DNA of 64,000 nt from Phoronis australis. Taxonomy: Eukaryota > Animalia > Phoronida. The stretch spans positions 68,055-132,054 of the forward strand of contig NMRA01000197.1 of NCBI GenBank assembly GCA_002633005.1, in the 5' to 3' direction. Both the position numbers and the translations under genes were made by a program. The stretch's first letter is position 1. The number at the start of each line of letters is the position of its first letter. Of the stretch, positions 14,231-26,387 are shown in pieces. The notes under the pieces are model-generated. The model was not told the origin of the DNA, did no database searches, and worked only from the letters and a program-made list of their open reading frames with translations.

Positions 14231-14806
14231 GTAACGAAAATTGACCAAATGTACAAGAAGGAATTCCTCCCTATTCTTTGGAGTGACAGGAAGTGCTATT
14301 GATGAAGTTAAATAGAGTGTTTCAGAAAATTGGGGTCTCAAAACTGAAACTTAAATTTTTGTGATATTGCATTGTTGATATTAGATCATATATTTTAGGT
14401 GATATCTCTGAACTAAAAGAGTAGCCTCTTTTTCTCTTGTCAGTTAGAGTTATGCCACATCACAAAAATGCCCAAATTCGAGGGCCACTTTTAGCACTAA
14501 ATATATAAGAGATAAGCTTTTTTAAAAGCAATTATCAAAGATCAGTCTTAGAAGTGTCTACACAGCGAATTTCAACTTCAAATATATTCCGATATAGCAG
14601 GCAGGTTAAGCAACATCTTGCCACTTGTGACTGGCCTGAAAAGTGGTCTCGGAGTTTTCTCCCCTGCTGGAAATTTAAACGTACCTAAGAGTTTCAAATT
14701 TCATTTTCTTACTAACCTTACATGAGTCTTTATGACCATCAATGTCAAACTTTGTCACCAGTTTTCCAAGTTTGATATTTTGCCGTTCCAAAAGAGCAGT
14801 TTTACT
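14231..14806. repeat. Internal segment of the Sola3-like family, direct repeat of 61551-62140
   Basis: GTAACGAAAATT.ACCAAATGTACAAGAAGGAA... to ...GCAGTTTTAC is colinear with 61551-62140; runs up close to the N gap. Confidence 0.75.
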
Positions 14807-14856
14807 GACATGAAAAAAATGCAAAATATGCCTTTATAGCCAAATAGGTCATATCT

Positions 14857-15007
14857 NNNNNNNNNNNNNNNNNNNNNNNNNNNNNNNNNNNNNNNNNNNN
14901 NNNNNNNNNNNNNNNNNNNNNNNNNNNNNNNNNNNNNNNNNNNNNNNNNNNNNNNNNNNNNNNNNNNNNNNNNNNNNNNNNNNNNNNNNNNNNNNNNNNN
15001 NNNNNNN
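14857..15007. other. Assembly gap
   Basis: Run of N. Confidence 1.
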
Positions 15008-16226
15008 TCCATCTATAGCTTATCTTTAACGGATAGTCTGGGACTGGACCTTTTCGTCCGGGGGGACTATAACGTTATGTTGCTGTTAGCAGTGTGTTCC
15101 TAACAATTCGTTTTTGCTGAAGACTGAGTAGACCGTCAGCTCAGGGCACTTAGCAATGAACGAGATACCAACGTTTGACCACCCGGGCCCTTAAAGTGCA
15201 CACCAGTACTATAGAAATGAGTGTCTGCCGGAGTCTTCACTTTGGAACTATGTGGCCCCTGGGACACCATCCGAAGGGGGCATGACTGAGCTTGGTTAGA
15301 TACTCGAGGTACTGGCTAAAACTGATTTGTAATGAACAATCGTGCCACACTATGTTTGTTAATCACTTGCTTCCTTCATCACTTTCAATAACTTTATAAT
15401 TGTCTTTGTGGTTCAATGTCAAGTAAGAAAGATGTGTATTGCTAATTGCAGTTCAGATTTAATGGTTTTAATTTTTGATATTTTTGTATAATGTGTCATT
15501 GTTATTCGAAACAATACGTCATTTTGCATTTTACGGAACTATAAAAGGAAAAAACCCGGTTTCTGACACGACTACAAACAGTATTATTTTCTGATTTTCG
15601 TAGAAATAGTCACATATAGCCCAGGAACTGAACCGTGAAAACGGAGAATCGAGGATAAAAATGGAATTCAACTGAACCAAACAAAATTGGTGTTCAGTAC
15701 TGTGGAACAATCGCTCATATTAACCGGTTTTAAATCAGATTTTTGTGTTCAGTACTTCGACTGTTTAACCAAGCTCAGTTCCCCCCCCCCTATTAGGTCT
15801 CGATGTGCTCCATCTGGAGTTCAGACACCCACAGACATACGTTTCTGTATGTACTAGGGTACATTTTAAGTGTTCCTCTGGTTAGTTTCATCAGGTCGCT
15901 GAAAGAGTTACCAGTTTTGGAATTTGTGCCCTGCCGGACACAGTAGTGAAAGACTTCTTACCAAAATGTGATTTAAACAAGGTACAAAAGTCATCCTACC
16001 TGTCCGTCGGGAAAAGTGTCGAGACCATGCGTGAGCCCGAGTTGATGATGTGGCAGACAAAGAAATTTATATTAAAAAATACTTGAATTATTATTTGAAT
16101 TATCGCTTCAATGTAATTATTGTAGCTTTTGTGGGGTTTTGTGTGCTACAAATTAAAACCAAAACGAAACTACAGATACTCGAGGCAAAGCTTCTCATGA
16201 TATCCCATTCCAAGTACTGTGTCATA

Positions 16227-16461
16227 CAGAGGCGGATCTACCGGGGAGTACAGGGGTTCAACCCCCTCTCCCCCTTGGGACAGGATCAAAAATAAAAATA
16301 AAAAAATGTCGTCAGGAAAACGAAATTAGCTACTAAAAATCAAGAAAATCTTACATGGGAGGGGAGAAACCCCCTCCCGACATTGCCTGCACTCGGTGCT
16401 ACGCGCCTCAGATTCGCCCGAATCCTAACCCCTCTTCACTGAAAACGTAGATCTGCCACTG
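16227..16461. mobile_element. MITE with CAG(T/A)GGCGGATCT termini (hAT-like)
   Basis: CAGAGGCGGATCTAC ... GTAGATCTGCCACTG inverted termini; right part also present at ~14090-14229. Confidence 0.6.
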
Positions 16462-16964
16462 CTGTGTTCATGTACACGTGTTATGTATGCTACACTTGCC
16501 AGCAAACGAGATCACCTTGATCATTTTAGATGCAACTCTTGTTTTGATAGCTACATATTGGCTCAGAAGATACCCGCACAAAGCTATTTCGTTCTAAATG
16601 ATATTGCAAACTTTAAATTGGAATAAATTATTTTAGCGTAGACATTTTCAATATGTTGACAGAAAGAAACGGCAGACGTTCGCTTAGTGATGGATCTATA
16701 ACTTCTGCTGCCCGGAAGGTCAGAAGATAACGTTGTTCCCCAACCGCCCTCTACCCAACACCCAGCATCACGCCAGCTTGGATGCCATCTCTAAGCTGTA
16801 GCTATGTGAACACTGCTGCCGTACCCATCCAATTCCATCAGGGCACAATGGTCACAAATAGACTAGAGTTGTCAAACGTGATCCTAAAAATTGATAGACA
16901 CACAGAAATCTTAGGTTTGACTTGCTAACCTTAGCGCAGTGAGATACACATAATTCACAGCTAT

Positions 16965-18570
16965 CATGGACAAAAACAAATTTCATGTTCTTGGGGATTA
17001 ATTTCCAAGTCAGCTTACACGATATGGCAGATCACAATTACTTGGCGAAATTGAAAGATATTGAAATAAATTTGAAAAATTGGTCTAAAAGAATTTTGAC
17101 GCCTTTCGAGAGGATTACAGTAATCAAAGCGCTAGCGGTTTCAAAAATTGTACATCTTCTGGAATCCTTGCCACAACCTTCGAAATAGAATAGAAAAACT
17201 GAACTCAGTGTTTGTTAAAGTCCTCTGGCAAGGTCGCAATGACCAAATTAAGTGCTCCCGAGATGTTTGTAATTATAATGAAGAAGGTATCAGAATGATC
17301 AACATATTTTCATTCTGTAAGGCTTTAAAGATTAACATGTGAACAAAATTTGTAAACGGCCAGTCTAAGACTGCCGGTTTCTTTCATTTGATTTTTTTCT
17401 GAATTTAGAAATTTCGCTAAGTACGGAATTGACTTTCTCAAGATAAAGTTGCCTAATACTGACAATCACTTCTGGAAAGATTTTTTTGAATGTGTAATCT
17501 CCTTTGGAAATTGTTTGAAGATCAAAAATCAGATAGATTTTCTTAACCAACCTTAATGGTTTAGCAGTGATCTGCAGGCAGGAGGAAAATGTATTTTCTA
17601 CAGGAACTGGTGCAATAGAGGCATAGTCTTTATAAAGGACTTGTTTTCCCCAGACGGTAACATTTTGAACTATAGATTTATTGTGGTTATTTTAGGTATC
17701 AAAACGAGCTTTATGGAGTATAATAGTCTAATTTCAGTAATATCTTAGTACCAACAGGAATGTGGTATTGATATAGTTGTTAGTTTTGGTGCGTATTGTC
17801 CTGTTATGCCAACGATTCTAATGAAAGTGAAAAATGGCGAGAGAGGATGTCAACATATCTGTACACAATTAAATTATAGTTTCGACGTCTCAAAAGCGGA
17901 GTCAAAATGGGTCTACGAACTGAACGTAAACACAACTAATTTTTCATGGGAAGATGTTTATTCCCTTCTATATAACACAACAAGAGACCCAAGAATTAGG
18001 TGGCTTCAGTTCAGACTCTTGACGAGAATTTTGACTACTAACTCTTTTTTAAAAATAATTCAAGTTACGGATGACGGCTCTTGTTCCTTTTGTGGACAAT
18101 CGAAAGAGACTTTGAAACAATTATTTTGGGAATGTGAAACGGTAAATTCACTTTGGACAAGAGTTAATAATGAAATTCTAAACAAAGCAAATCCCCCGTG
18201 TGTCGGCACTCTCTCCTGCAACAACGTTATTTTTGGGTTTTTTGATAAAAAATAAAATTTTAAAAACATTGTTTTATTATTGGGTAAACAGTTTATTTAT
18301 ATCCAAAAGTTTGGATCAAAAAGATTACTTCTAAGTTGATTTTTTAACTTCATCAAAGAATATTATACGAGTGAAAAGTATAATGCTCGTAAGGATTTGA
18401 ATTTAGAATTCATACAAACAAGATGGTGTATTTTTGAAACGGTTTTTCTTAGCAGTCAAGAGGATTAGTTATGGGTATGCGTGTGTGTGCGTGCGTGTCT
18501 GTGGTGTTCTTTGTCTTTTTATGATATTTTAATGTTTTTCTTATTGCCAATAAATGCATATATAAAAAGA
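16965..18570 (+). mobile_element. 5'-truncated L1/Tx1-clade LINE (ORF2 C-terminal part, frameshifted)
   Basis: FLGINF...WSKRILTPFERITVIKALAVSKIVH; LWQGRNDQIK...GIRMINI; RWLQFRLLTRILTTN...CSFCGQSKETLKQLFWEC (zf-RVT); ends with AATAAA and an A-rich tail at ~18549-18570. Confidence 0.8.
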
Positions 18571-18906
18571 GATATACATAATTCGGGATAAAAACGTTTT
18601 CACTATGACACTTTTGTTCTCTATCGGTTCTGATAATAACGAAATTAGAATACGCAATTAGTGGACTAAAACAAAATTTCTTTGAAATACACTGAAATTC
18701 AAATAAACACCTCAACAAAAGTTTGGAAATTTTTGTTCACTCTTATTACTTTTGATTGAATTAAATCACATTGCATACCAATGGAAAGCCCAGCCATTCT
18801 CCTTTCCAACGATACCACATTTTGTCAATACGTGTACCCGCTTTCCTCGCAGCTTCATGTCTCACACAAGAGGGAACGACACACCACCCCATAGCGGCAA
18901 TCATTG

Positions 18907-19062
18907 TGAAGAAGAACCACTGACGTCGCAGCGTCTTTTCTCACCTACCTCACGCGTTAACGCTACACCTCTCGGCGAGGTAAGATCGACCGCATGCGAG
19001 GTGACGTGGATATAGTCCGATTAAGAAGGTAAAAAGTCTAATTAAATCAGGTGGCATTCTCC
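18907..19062 (-). mobile_element. Kolobok-like terminal fragment
   Basis: Matches 26235-26386, ending in GGTGGCATTCTCC; no TTAA preserved. Confidence 0.7.
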
Positions 19063-21151
19063 GGAGGCTGCTGATGTTATTGTTTTCTAGATAATGAGGC
19101 CCAGCATAAACAGATTGGGGGCTACAATAGTATTTTTATATTTTAATTTTCAAAGTTTGTAAATAGTGTATTTGGAAAGTTCGTAAAATCGACGTGATTA
19201 GGTTTTTAAAATTTTGAAATTTGGACAAGAAATGTGAATTTTGCTACCCAAAACGGTTGTAAAATGTTCCAATAATATCTTTCTCATGAACTGTGCGGAG
19301 TGTGCAACATAATTGGGCCAATTATCAAACCACTGGGCAGAAGTTGGATTTCGAGGTACAGTTCTTGGCATGAGAAGCATTAGATATATGTGGGGAGTGT
19401 CATTTATTGTCTTTTCCATGTGTCAAGAACCCCAGGGACAAGTTCTTAAACTTGAAATCTTGATTAAAATAATCCGTAATTTGTGCAGTTTCAAATTGTT
19501 TGACAGGATGTTCGGCTGAGCCTGGTGACGCCACCGACATAATAGTTTGGCTTTTACTGCTGTCAGTTGTCAGATGGCTCAGGTGTGTACAAACGTGGAC
19601 ATAGACATTTTGTTGGACACTATAACATCGACGTATTCCAATGATATTGCTGGTGCAGCAGCGTACGCCAATGACAACTCCCGCTCTCTTCCTGATAAAA
19701 TTCTACCTATGTTGTTTGACAGTTCAGCTAAAAATATTCTCGAAAGACTGTCCTAGAGGGTGTTCCAGCGATATTGTCACTCGGTTTTTCATTTTCTTAA
19801 TTCTAAACGGATTTGTTACATTGGGATATCGAGTCGTTCAGTGGTGCCTTGTAGTCGTCCAATGTTTCTCTACTTGAACCGGTGTCGCCGTGCATCTTTG
19901 ATATCACGAAAGGTAATTCATTGTTTACGTTATTGTATTCGTCCAGCGGGGTAGATAATTGGCGTTTGCGTCCTGACATCGAACAAACGACTGAGCCTGG
20001 CTCAAAAGAAATATTCACAGCAAGCCTTTAAAATCCTGAATGGTCTAGAATACGGGCTAACGGAGGCCGATTAGTTGCAACTCGAACTACTGGTTCGGGA
20101 TTGTGACAAATCTCAAATAGATGTTAAAATGTAAAATCACAGTTGATGTATTACAAAAAACATAACTGTTCAAAGGGTGACAGTTAAAAAAAATCATGAG
20201 AATGAGGAGTCAGGCACCAGGTGGTCAACTGGTTCGACCACGCGTCGGCTCACCAAGGTCTGCCAAACATCGTGTGGTAATCGGGCAAAGATTGATTCAA
20301 TTTACGAGCAAGGGAAGAGGACAAATGAAAGCCAGTTACCCCAAGCAGCAGTGTTCATTTAGCATTGTTTTTGATGCCCGATATTGTAAGACAATGTTGA
20401 ATTTTTACATCTGAAAATATTCCAAATTTGGTCAGTGTACGTGTGGGTGAAAAATGCGATTAGAATTGGGTCACCAGCGTCACTCTTACATTTACGTCAC
20501 TTATGTCCTTTCGACATCTGGTAACAAATTGTGTGTTAATGTGGTTTGTTTCCACTATCGATTTTGTAACGGTAGCATATGCTTACCAAACGTTTTTAAG
20601 AAGTGATGCTGGTGTTGCGCTAATGAATAAATAAGAGTTGTTCTAAACAAACAGTCGAGTGTGGATTGGTCAGTAACGTATGGGAGAGAGAAACATTTTG
20701 TCAAGTGTTTTGCTTGACACTGTGTAATCACTGATTCCTGCCTCCACCTCCAAACATCTTAGCCGACACTGTGTAGATCAGCAGCAGAAACTGGCGAACA
20801 GTAAGTATACGTTATTTCTTGCGCAACGGTCGTTTGTTATACATGTAAATTCTCGAGCAAAAAACCATCTGTTCGGAAACTACCGCATTATGTTTATGCA
20901 GTACAGATTCTTATATAACTGTTGTAGTGTTCTTCCTATAAACGACTTGATGCCACCAATTTACACAAAAATTAGTACATTTCGTTGTGTTGTTGTTTTA
21001 GATAATCGAAACAATTGAAATTTGTTATTCGTATGAATTAAAAAGTTAATGAAAACAACACCCCTAGCTTGGACGTCAAAAGAGACATGTTTTATTTTTG
21101 CGTGTATCTTAGATATAGAGATAGATAGATATAATATGTATCAATCCAAAA

Positions 21152-21275
21152 AGTTCCAATACGAAACAAAAATAATATTTTACACCAGAAAAAAGTACCA
21201 ATATAAAAACACAAATAATGTTTTACACCAGAAAAAAATTCCAATACAAAAACACAAATAATATTTTACACCAGA
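21152..21275. repeat. Minisatellite, ~42-43 bp unit x3
   Basis: CCAATA..AAAC.(A/C)AAATAAT.TTTTACACCAGAA repeated three times. Confidence 0.85.
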
Positions 21276-23803
21276 ACATCAGAGTTGACAGTTGTCTTCC
21301 ATCACAGTCCCACGAATGCTTCCATATAGTTTTTTCACGAATGCATTAAAGTATTAAAGTTCTCACGAACGCAACTCGTTCATCATGAAACTTTTGTTAA
21401 CGAGAAAGAAAATTTGTTTCGGTACACGAAATAATACAGTTCGAGAAAAGACTTGTGTTCGTGATAAAAGAACAATGAGAATGACTTGTACGATCCATGT
21501 GGGCCGAAGGTTGTCTACCACGATGTATCTGTTATAAATTTAGTGTAATGAATTAATGTAACAAAACATTTGCCCACTTATCTCGTTTAAAAGTATGATT
21601 TTCTTAAATTAGATTTCGAAGGTGCAATAAAATGTTTTTGATCCTTTTATGAAAAAAACACGAAAGTATAGAGCACTTAGGGCTACAAAAGTTGTCTCAA
21701 CGTGATTATTTGTGGGCTTATATAAGTCTAGCAGTTCGTTTTCTTGAGACCATGCTTAGGGCAAAGAATGACGGGACGAGTCTTCGAAGTATGTCTTGAA
21801 TCTCGCCTTCCGTTCACGAGTATCCATCAACAACTAAAACGCAACTTTTTAAACACGCTTTCTAGTTCAACTAAGAGTAAAAAATGTCAAAAACGACGAA
21901 AACGTAACTTTGGCACATAATCTTTGCATCCATAAGTTTTACCATGTTTGAGACAAATTTAAATCACAAAACTTAAGCCTTTCCTCTAAAAATTTTAAGC
22001 CAATAAACACTTTCAAAATTAGTTTTCAAAACTGTTAGCTTCAGGGTAAAAACGTGCAACCCAAAATAAGAATCGATGCGAATCGGAACCGTGGCCCTTT
22101 GAATACAGTATTGATATACTAACACAAAACAATTTGTTTTGATATGTATAATGCTTCATGTCAATTTTATTACATTTGTGCTTTATTTAACCGTTTTAAA
22201 TTTAGTCCAGAACCGCGATTTCACTGAAGTTAACTTTTTAACGCAATTTGTTTTTGTCACTGTAACTGATCCGTGAAATATTAAAACGACTTCTCACACA
22301 ACATATGCCGATAGAGAGTCGCTCTGAGACCATGAGCTGACCCCAGAAAGTAATTAATATTTACCTATTCATATATTTAACATACGATTAGAAGACTGAC
22401 ATAGTGGTATAAGTACTTCAATATGTAAATATTAAATAAATAAACCTGACACCTTAGAAAAATAATTAAATCGTTGCTACATGTCTTCAAAGATTAGAAC
22501 ATGATAAACAAATTGATAGTGTTTAAGAAATGACTACATGTATATGTGTAAGTGTGTGCGTATATGTTTGCAAAATTAGCAGTGTTTCTGTGTAATAGTA
22601 CAATATGTATATGGTTATTTACGGTAGACATAATTGTAAGTGAAACAGCTCCAGTCATTGCACGTTGAGAAAAAATCTGAAATCTTGTTCCTGTCCAGCA
22701 AAAGAGGGTGTGTTTATCTTATCTAGAACTAAGACGGTATTTTATTTTCAAAGATAACTTTAGAAACATGAAAACGTAAACAGTGACTTGCCACGATTGG
22801 TTTGTAAAATGGAGTTTTCAGTAATAGGGTTGTAGTCGCGACAAGTAACAATAAAGTATCGTAAGAGATCTGGCGAACGATAATTTCTTATCGGTCTGTT
22901 GTTTCGGTTGTGATAGCAATTCTAACTCACTGCTAACTTCACTCCGCGATTACGTGAAATGCGCGCACAGATCTGATGAATCATTACCGTGTGGCGTCTG
23001 AAGCTGTTTTGAAGTGCTTTTCTATCTCTTAGTTTTTGGATTTATTGATTGTATTGCGCGTTGTTTAGATGATTGAAGGAGACGGAAGCATGAGGCAACT
23101 CGTGCGCTAACATTTGGCCTTTTGTCACCCCAATGTTGTAAGCGCGCCTTAGCCAGACTGTGTGCAGAGTAACCCGTCTATTCACAAAACTTCATTAATG
23201 GGCGTCGCCCAGCAGCGCTGCTGAAAAAAAAAAACGTATTCGGTATAGTTTCTCTTGCAATGCACCGATTTTAAAAATTCAAAGACGGCTAATATTCATT
23301 TTGTGGCCATCCTTATTTATTGGTTTCGACTTTGAAACAGATACGCTAAACAAGTGCGTTGGTTACGACCGCAATCATCTCATCCGATAGACATTCGGCC
23401 AAGCCCATGAATAGCCATCAGTTTACTTTGATGTGTGGTGGCGCCGTAAAGTCTTTGAAAAGTCGATAAATTTGCTGGTGAGTGTGGGGTGTGGGATGCA
23501 CGCATTCTCGTCCACTTTCCTGCAAATAGTGCAAGCGTTCGAGTTACCATTTGTGGCAGAACATTTTTGCGGACAAAATCATAAGAATATATAATCGAAA
23601 CCACCCGTTTCAACATGAAATATTCTTTCATTGACACCCTCACCGGTTGAGATTGGGCAACTCGACCTTGGAATATGCCTGCAGTGATCAAAAACACCAT
23701 GCTATTGTAGTCAGTTACACAGGCACCAGAAATTTGTACACGGGGAAGGGTCCGTTTGTGCACATTCTCGGGACACCTCACCAGTGTCAGTAGGCACCGC
23801 TAC

Positions 23804-23807
<4 letters not shown>

Positions 23808-23892
<85 letters not shown>
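23808..23892. repeat. (TG)n microsatellite
   Basis: Pure GT dinucleotide run of ~85 bp. Confidence 0.99.
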
Positions 23893-23894
<2 letters not shown>

Positions 23895-24687
23895 AGGGAG
23901 TGAGAGGTAGACGCCAAAGTAGTCGTGACTCAGTGCATGTTCGTGACGTTTCACACCTTTTAAGGTGTAAAATTAAAATTGGTACACCACTTCATGAAGT
24001 TTGATTTGGAGTGTTTTTTAACTTTAATAAGGCTGAGAATAAAAGAAATGTTGATATTTAATCCCATACGCGTTGAATCTGTCGAGGGAAATACGTTAAT
24101 GTTTTCCGTATTCACCCCCGCACTACTTCAACAGCGACCTCTGACATGGAAAGTTCAAAAGGTAGGTCAATGTCGACTCGACGTCGATAGCTGGTTCGGT
24201 CATCAAACTTTCGAAAAATAGTTTAAAATAATGCAATTGCAACAGTGTGAGTAACACTTGACATTTATTCAGGTCTCAGTCGTAACATCCAGAACAGGAA
24301 TCTTAATTAGCTGGTATTATGAGTATATGACAGTTTTGTCTCTGTTTTCAATTGCTAAAGTTATGTCGTCTTCAACCCAGGCGCCGATTCCTCGGTAACG
24401 TCGGTCTCGTTGGGACATTCCCAGATGAAATGAATTCTCGATAGGATATGGCAATAGTATTTCTATGTATGTGGGATAACCTATATATATCCCACTCGAC
24501 ATGGCGGAATAATGTCTCGTGGGATATTACTTCGTCAACGCCACTCTCTGTACGTTTTGTGTATTTTTTCAACATGCACACAAGCAAAAATCCAGAATTA
24601 AATACAACAAAACGGTGTTCATATACGACAACTGTAGCTCTTCAGTTTGGTAAAAACACTTATTTGAAATATGACCACAAGTGTTAA

Positions 24688-26387
24688 AGGAGCATGCCAC
24701 CCAAAAAAAACCTAATTTGTATCAATTCAGATCGAGTAGTTCTACTCCATAATGACACGTACGGTTGCGTTACCTGACGCCTGACGGCAGACGGAGGTGT
24801 TGAAATTATCCAATGACGTCATCGGTTTCACACGCAGTCTGTTCAGCAGTTCACAACATGGGTTACTGGTGTCAGCTTATCGCTTGAAGTCATCGTTGAA
24901 CACCAATCAATCATCAAACTTCGATGTAAAACCCTTAAAAATACACCGAGTTCTTATAAAAACGTGTTGTTTTATTTCGCTCTTACGCATTTATTGGTAT
25001 TTGGACACACCGTAGCCTACAAAGTTCGACAGGCCAATAACTCGGGTCCGTAGCAGGAGTCTGGGGTCTGTTCGGAGATAATTTCGAAGTATTTTCAATG
25101 AGATACAGACGGGAGAACCTAGATCTGTGTTGTTTAGACTTGCGATTTTTTTGAGTTCTAAACACAAAACGCTTGTTAGCCTGGCCAGTGCCTCGGAGCC
25201 CGATCAGATCCGTCGCGGCCGGCCCGGGATTGACTCGTTATCCGCACCAGTGGCTCAGAAACTGATCAGACATCACGAACATAAACCAGCCAAAGTTCAG
25301 TGGAAACTAAACTTCCAGCCAAGAAAATACTATACTAGTGAGCCAAAGTAATGTGCACCTGATTATGTTGGTAAATTAGCCACGAAACTGCAAATCTACT
25401 TACTCGTCGGGGGCCGCGAATTCTGAGGTTCCGCTTTGGCCACAGCACCGTCAGGGCAGAAATTGTACATTGACAATCGTTATTTGAGTAATGTAAATGT
25501 AAATAAGGATTCCCCTAACACCTGGCCGTGGGATGGAAATCGACTTGTTTCACAACAGTTTCTGCAAGCAAACACGAAATTAGCATGAGCTCACTAGGCC
25601 TAGGTGTCCCGTCAAATTAGTTTTACTGCACCTAAAGCCGGGTAACGCAGTGTTTTATTCATTGTTGGCTTTTCAAATCCTTTGCACTCACGAACACTCC
25701 AAAGGCATTACAGATTGCATTTAATGAGACAGACTTCGTTTCAGTTTTATATAAGTTTTGGTTAGGGTGAGAATAATACATTTTGAAACAGAACGCTCAG
25801 TAATAAACGCCAACATGGCAACTCGCAATCCCGACTTAGGACGAGCTAGAGCTCATCATTTCCGACTTCGCAGGTGGATCGTTAAGTTTTACAGGCTATC
25901 AATTCGAACAGGAATACAGTGATGAAGAAATACTAGAGAGGCGCCGTGAACAAGCTCGGACAACGGAACGTACATGTATGGAGTTATTTGGTAAGCCGGC
26001 ATTCGTCAGGCACTGCGACGTCTGCAGGCCACAGACACGGAGATGTTTCACGGCCTCATACTTGCTAGTTACAGCGTACATTTCATTCTTCACTACCATG
26101 AGCCACTTCCTAAGCATCTCGGACTCTCGAGGAAGTAAAAAAAAAAACGATATACCTGCTTTCCTCGCAGCTGCTTAGTTCGGACACGCGGGAACGATGC
26201 ACCACAACTTAGCTGCATTCACTCTGCATATGAATCACTGACGTCGCTAGCGTCGTTTCTCACCTTCCTCACAGGTTAACGCGACACCTCTTGGCAAGGT
26301 AAGGTCGACCGTATGCGAGGCGATGTGGCCGGATATAGACCGACTAAGACGGCAAACAAGACTAATTAAATCGGGTGGCATTCTCCT
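24688..26387 (-). mobile_element. Kolobok-like non-autonomous DNA transposon, full length, inverted relative to 6120-7785
   Basis: TTAA TSD at 24684-24687 and 26388-26391; same 15 bp TIR; THAP-like ORF 25899-26117 (-) MLRKWLMVVKNEMYAVTSKYEAVKHLRVCGL. Confidence 0.85.

Noticed and set aside
19550-20018. Possible LINE ORF1 remnant (MSGRKRQLSTP...) on the minus strand
   Set aside because: No diagnostic motif and no adjacent ORF2 in the same orientation.
21152-21275. CRISPR-like array
   Set aside because: Head-to-tail units without unique spacers, no cas genes, eukaryotic context.
23711-24004. HT- and VC-repeat ORFs
   Set aside because: Translations of the (TG)n microsatellite.
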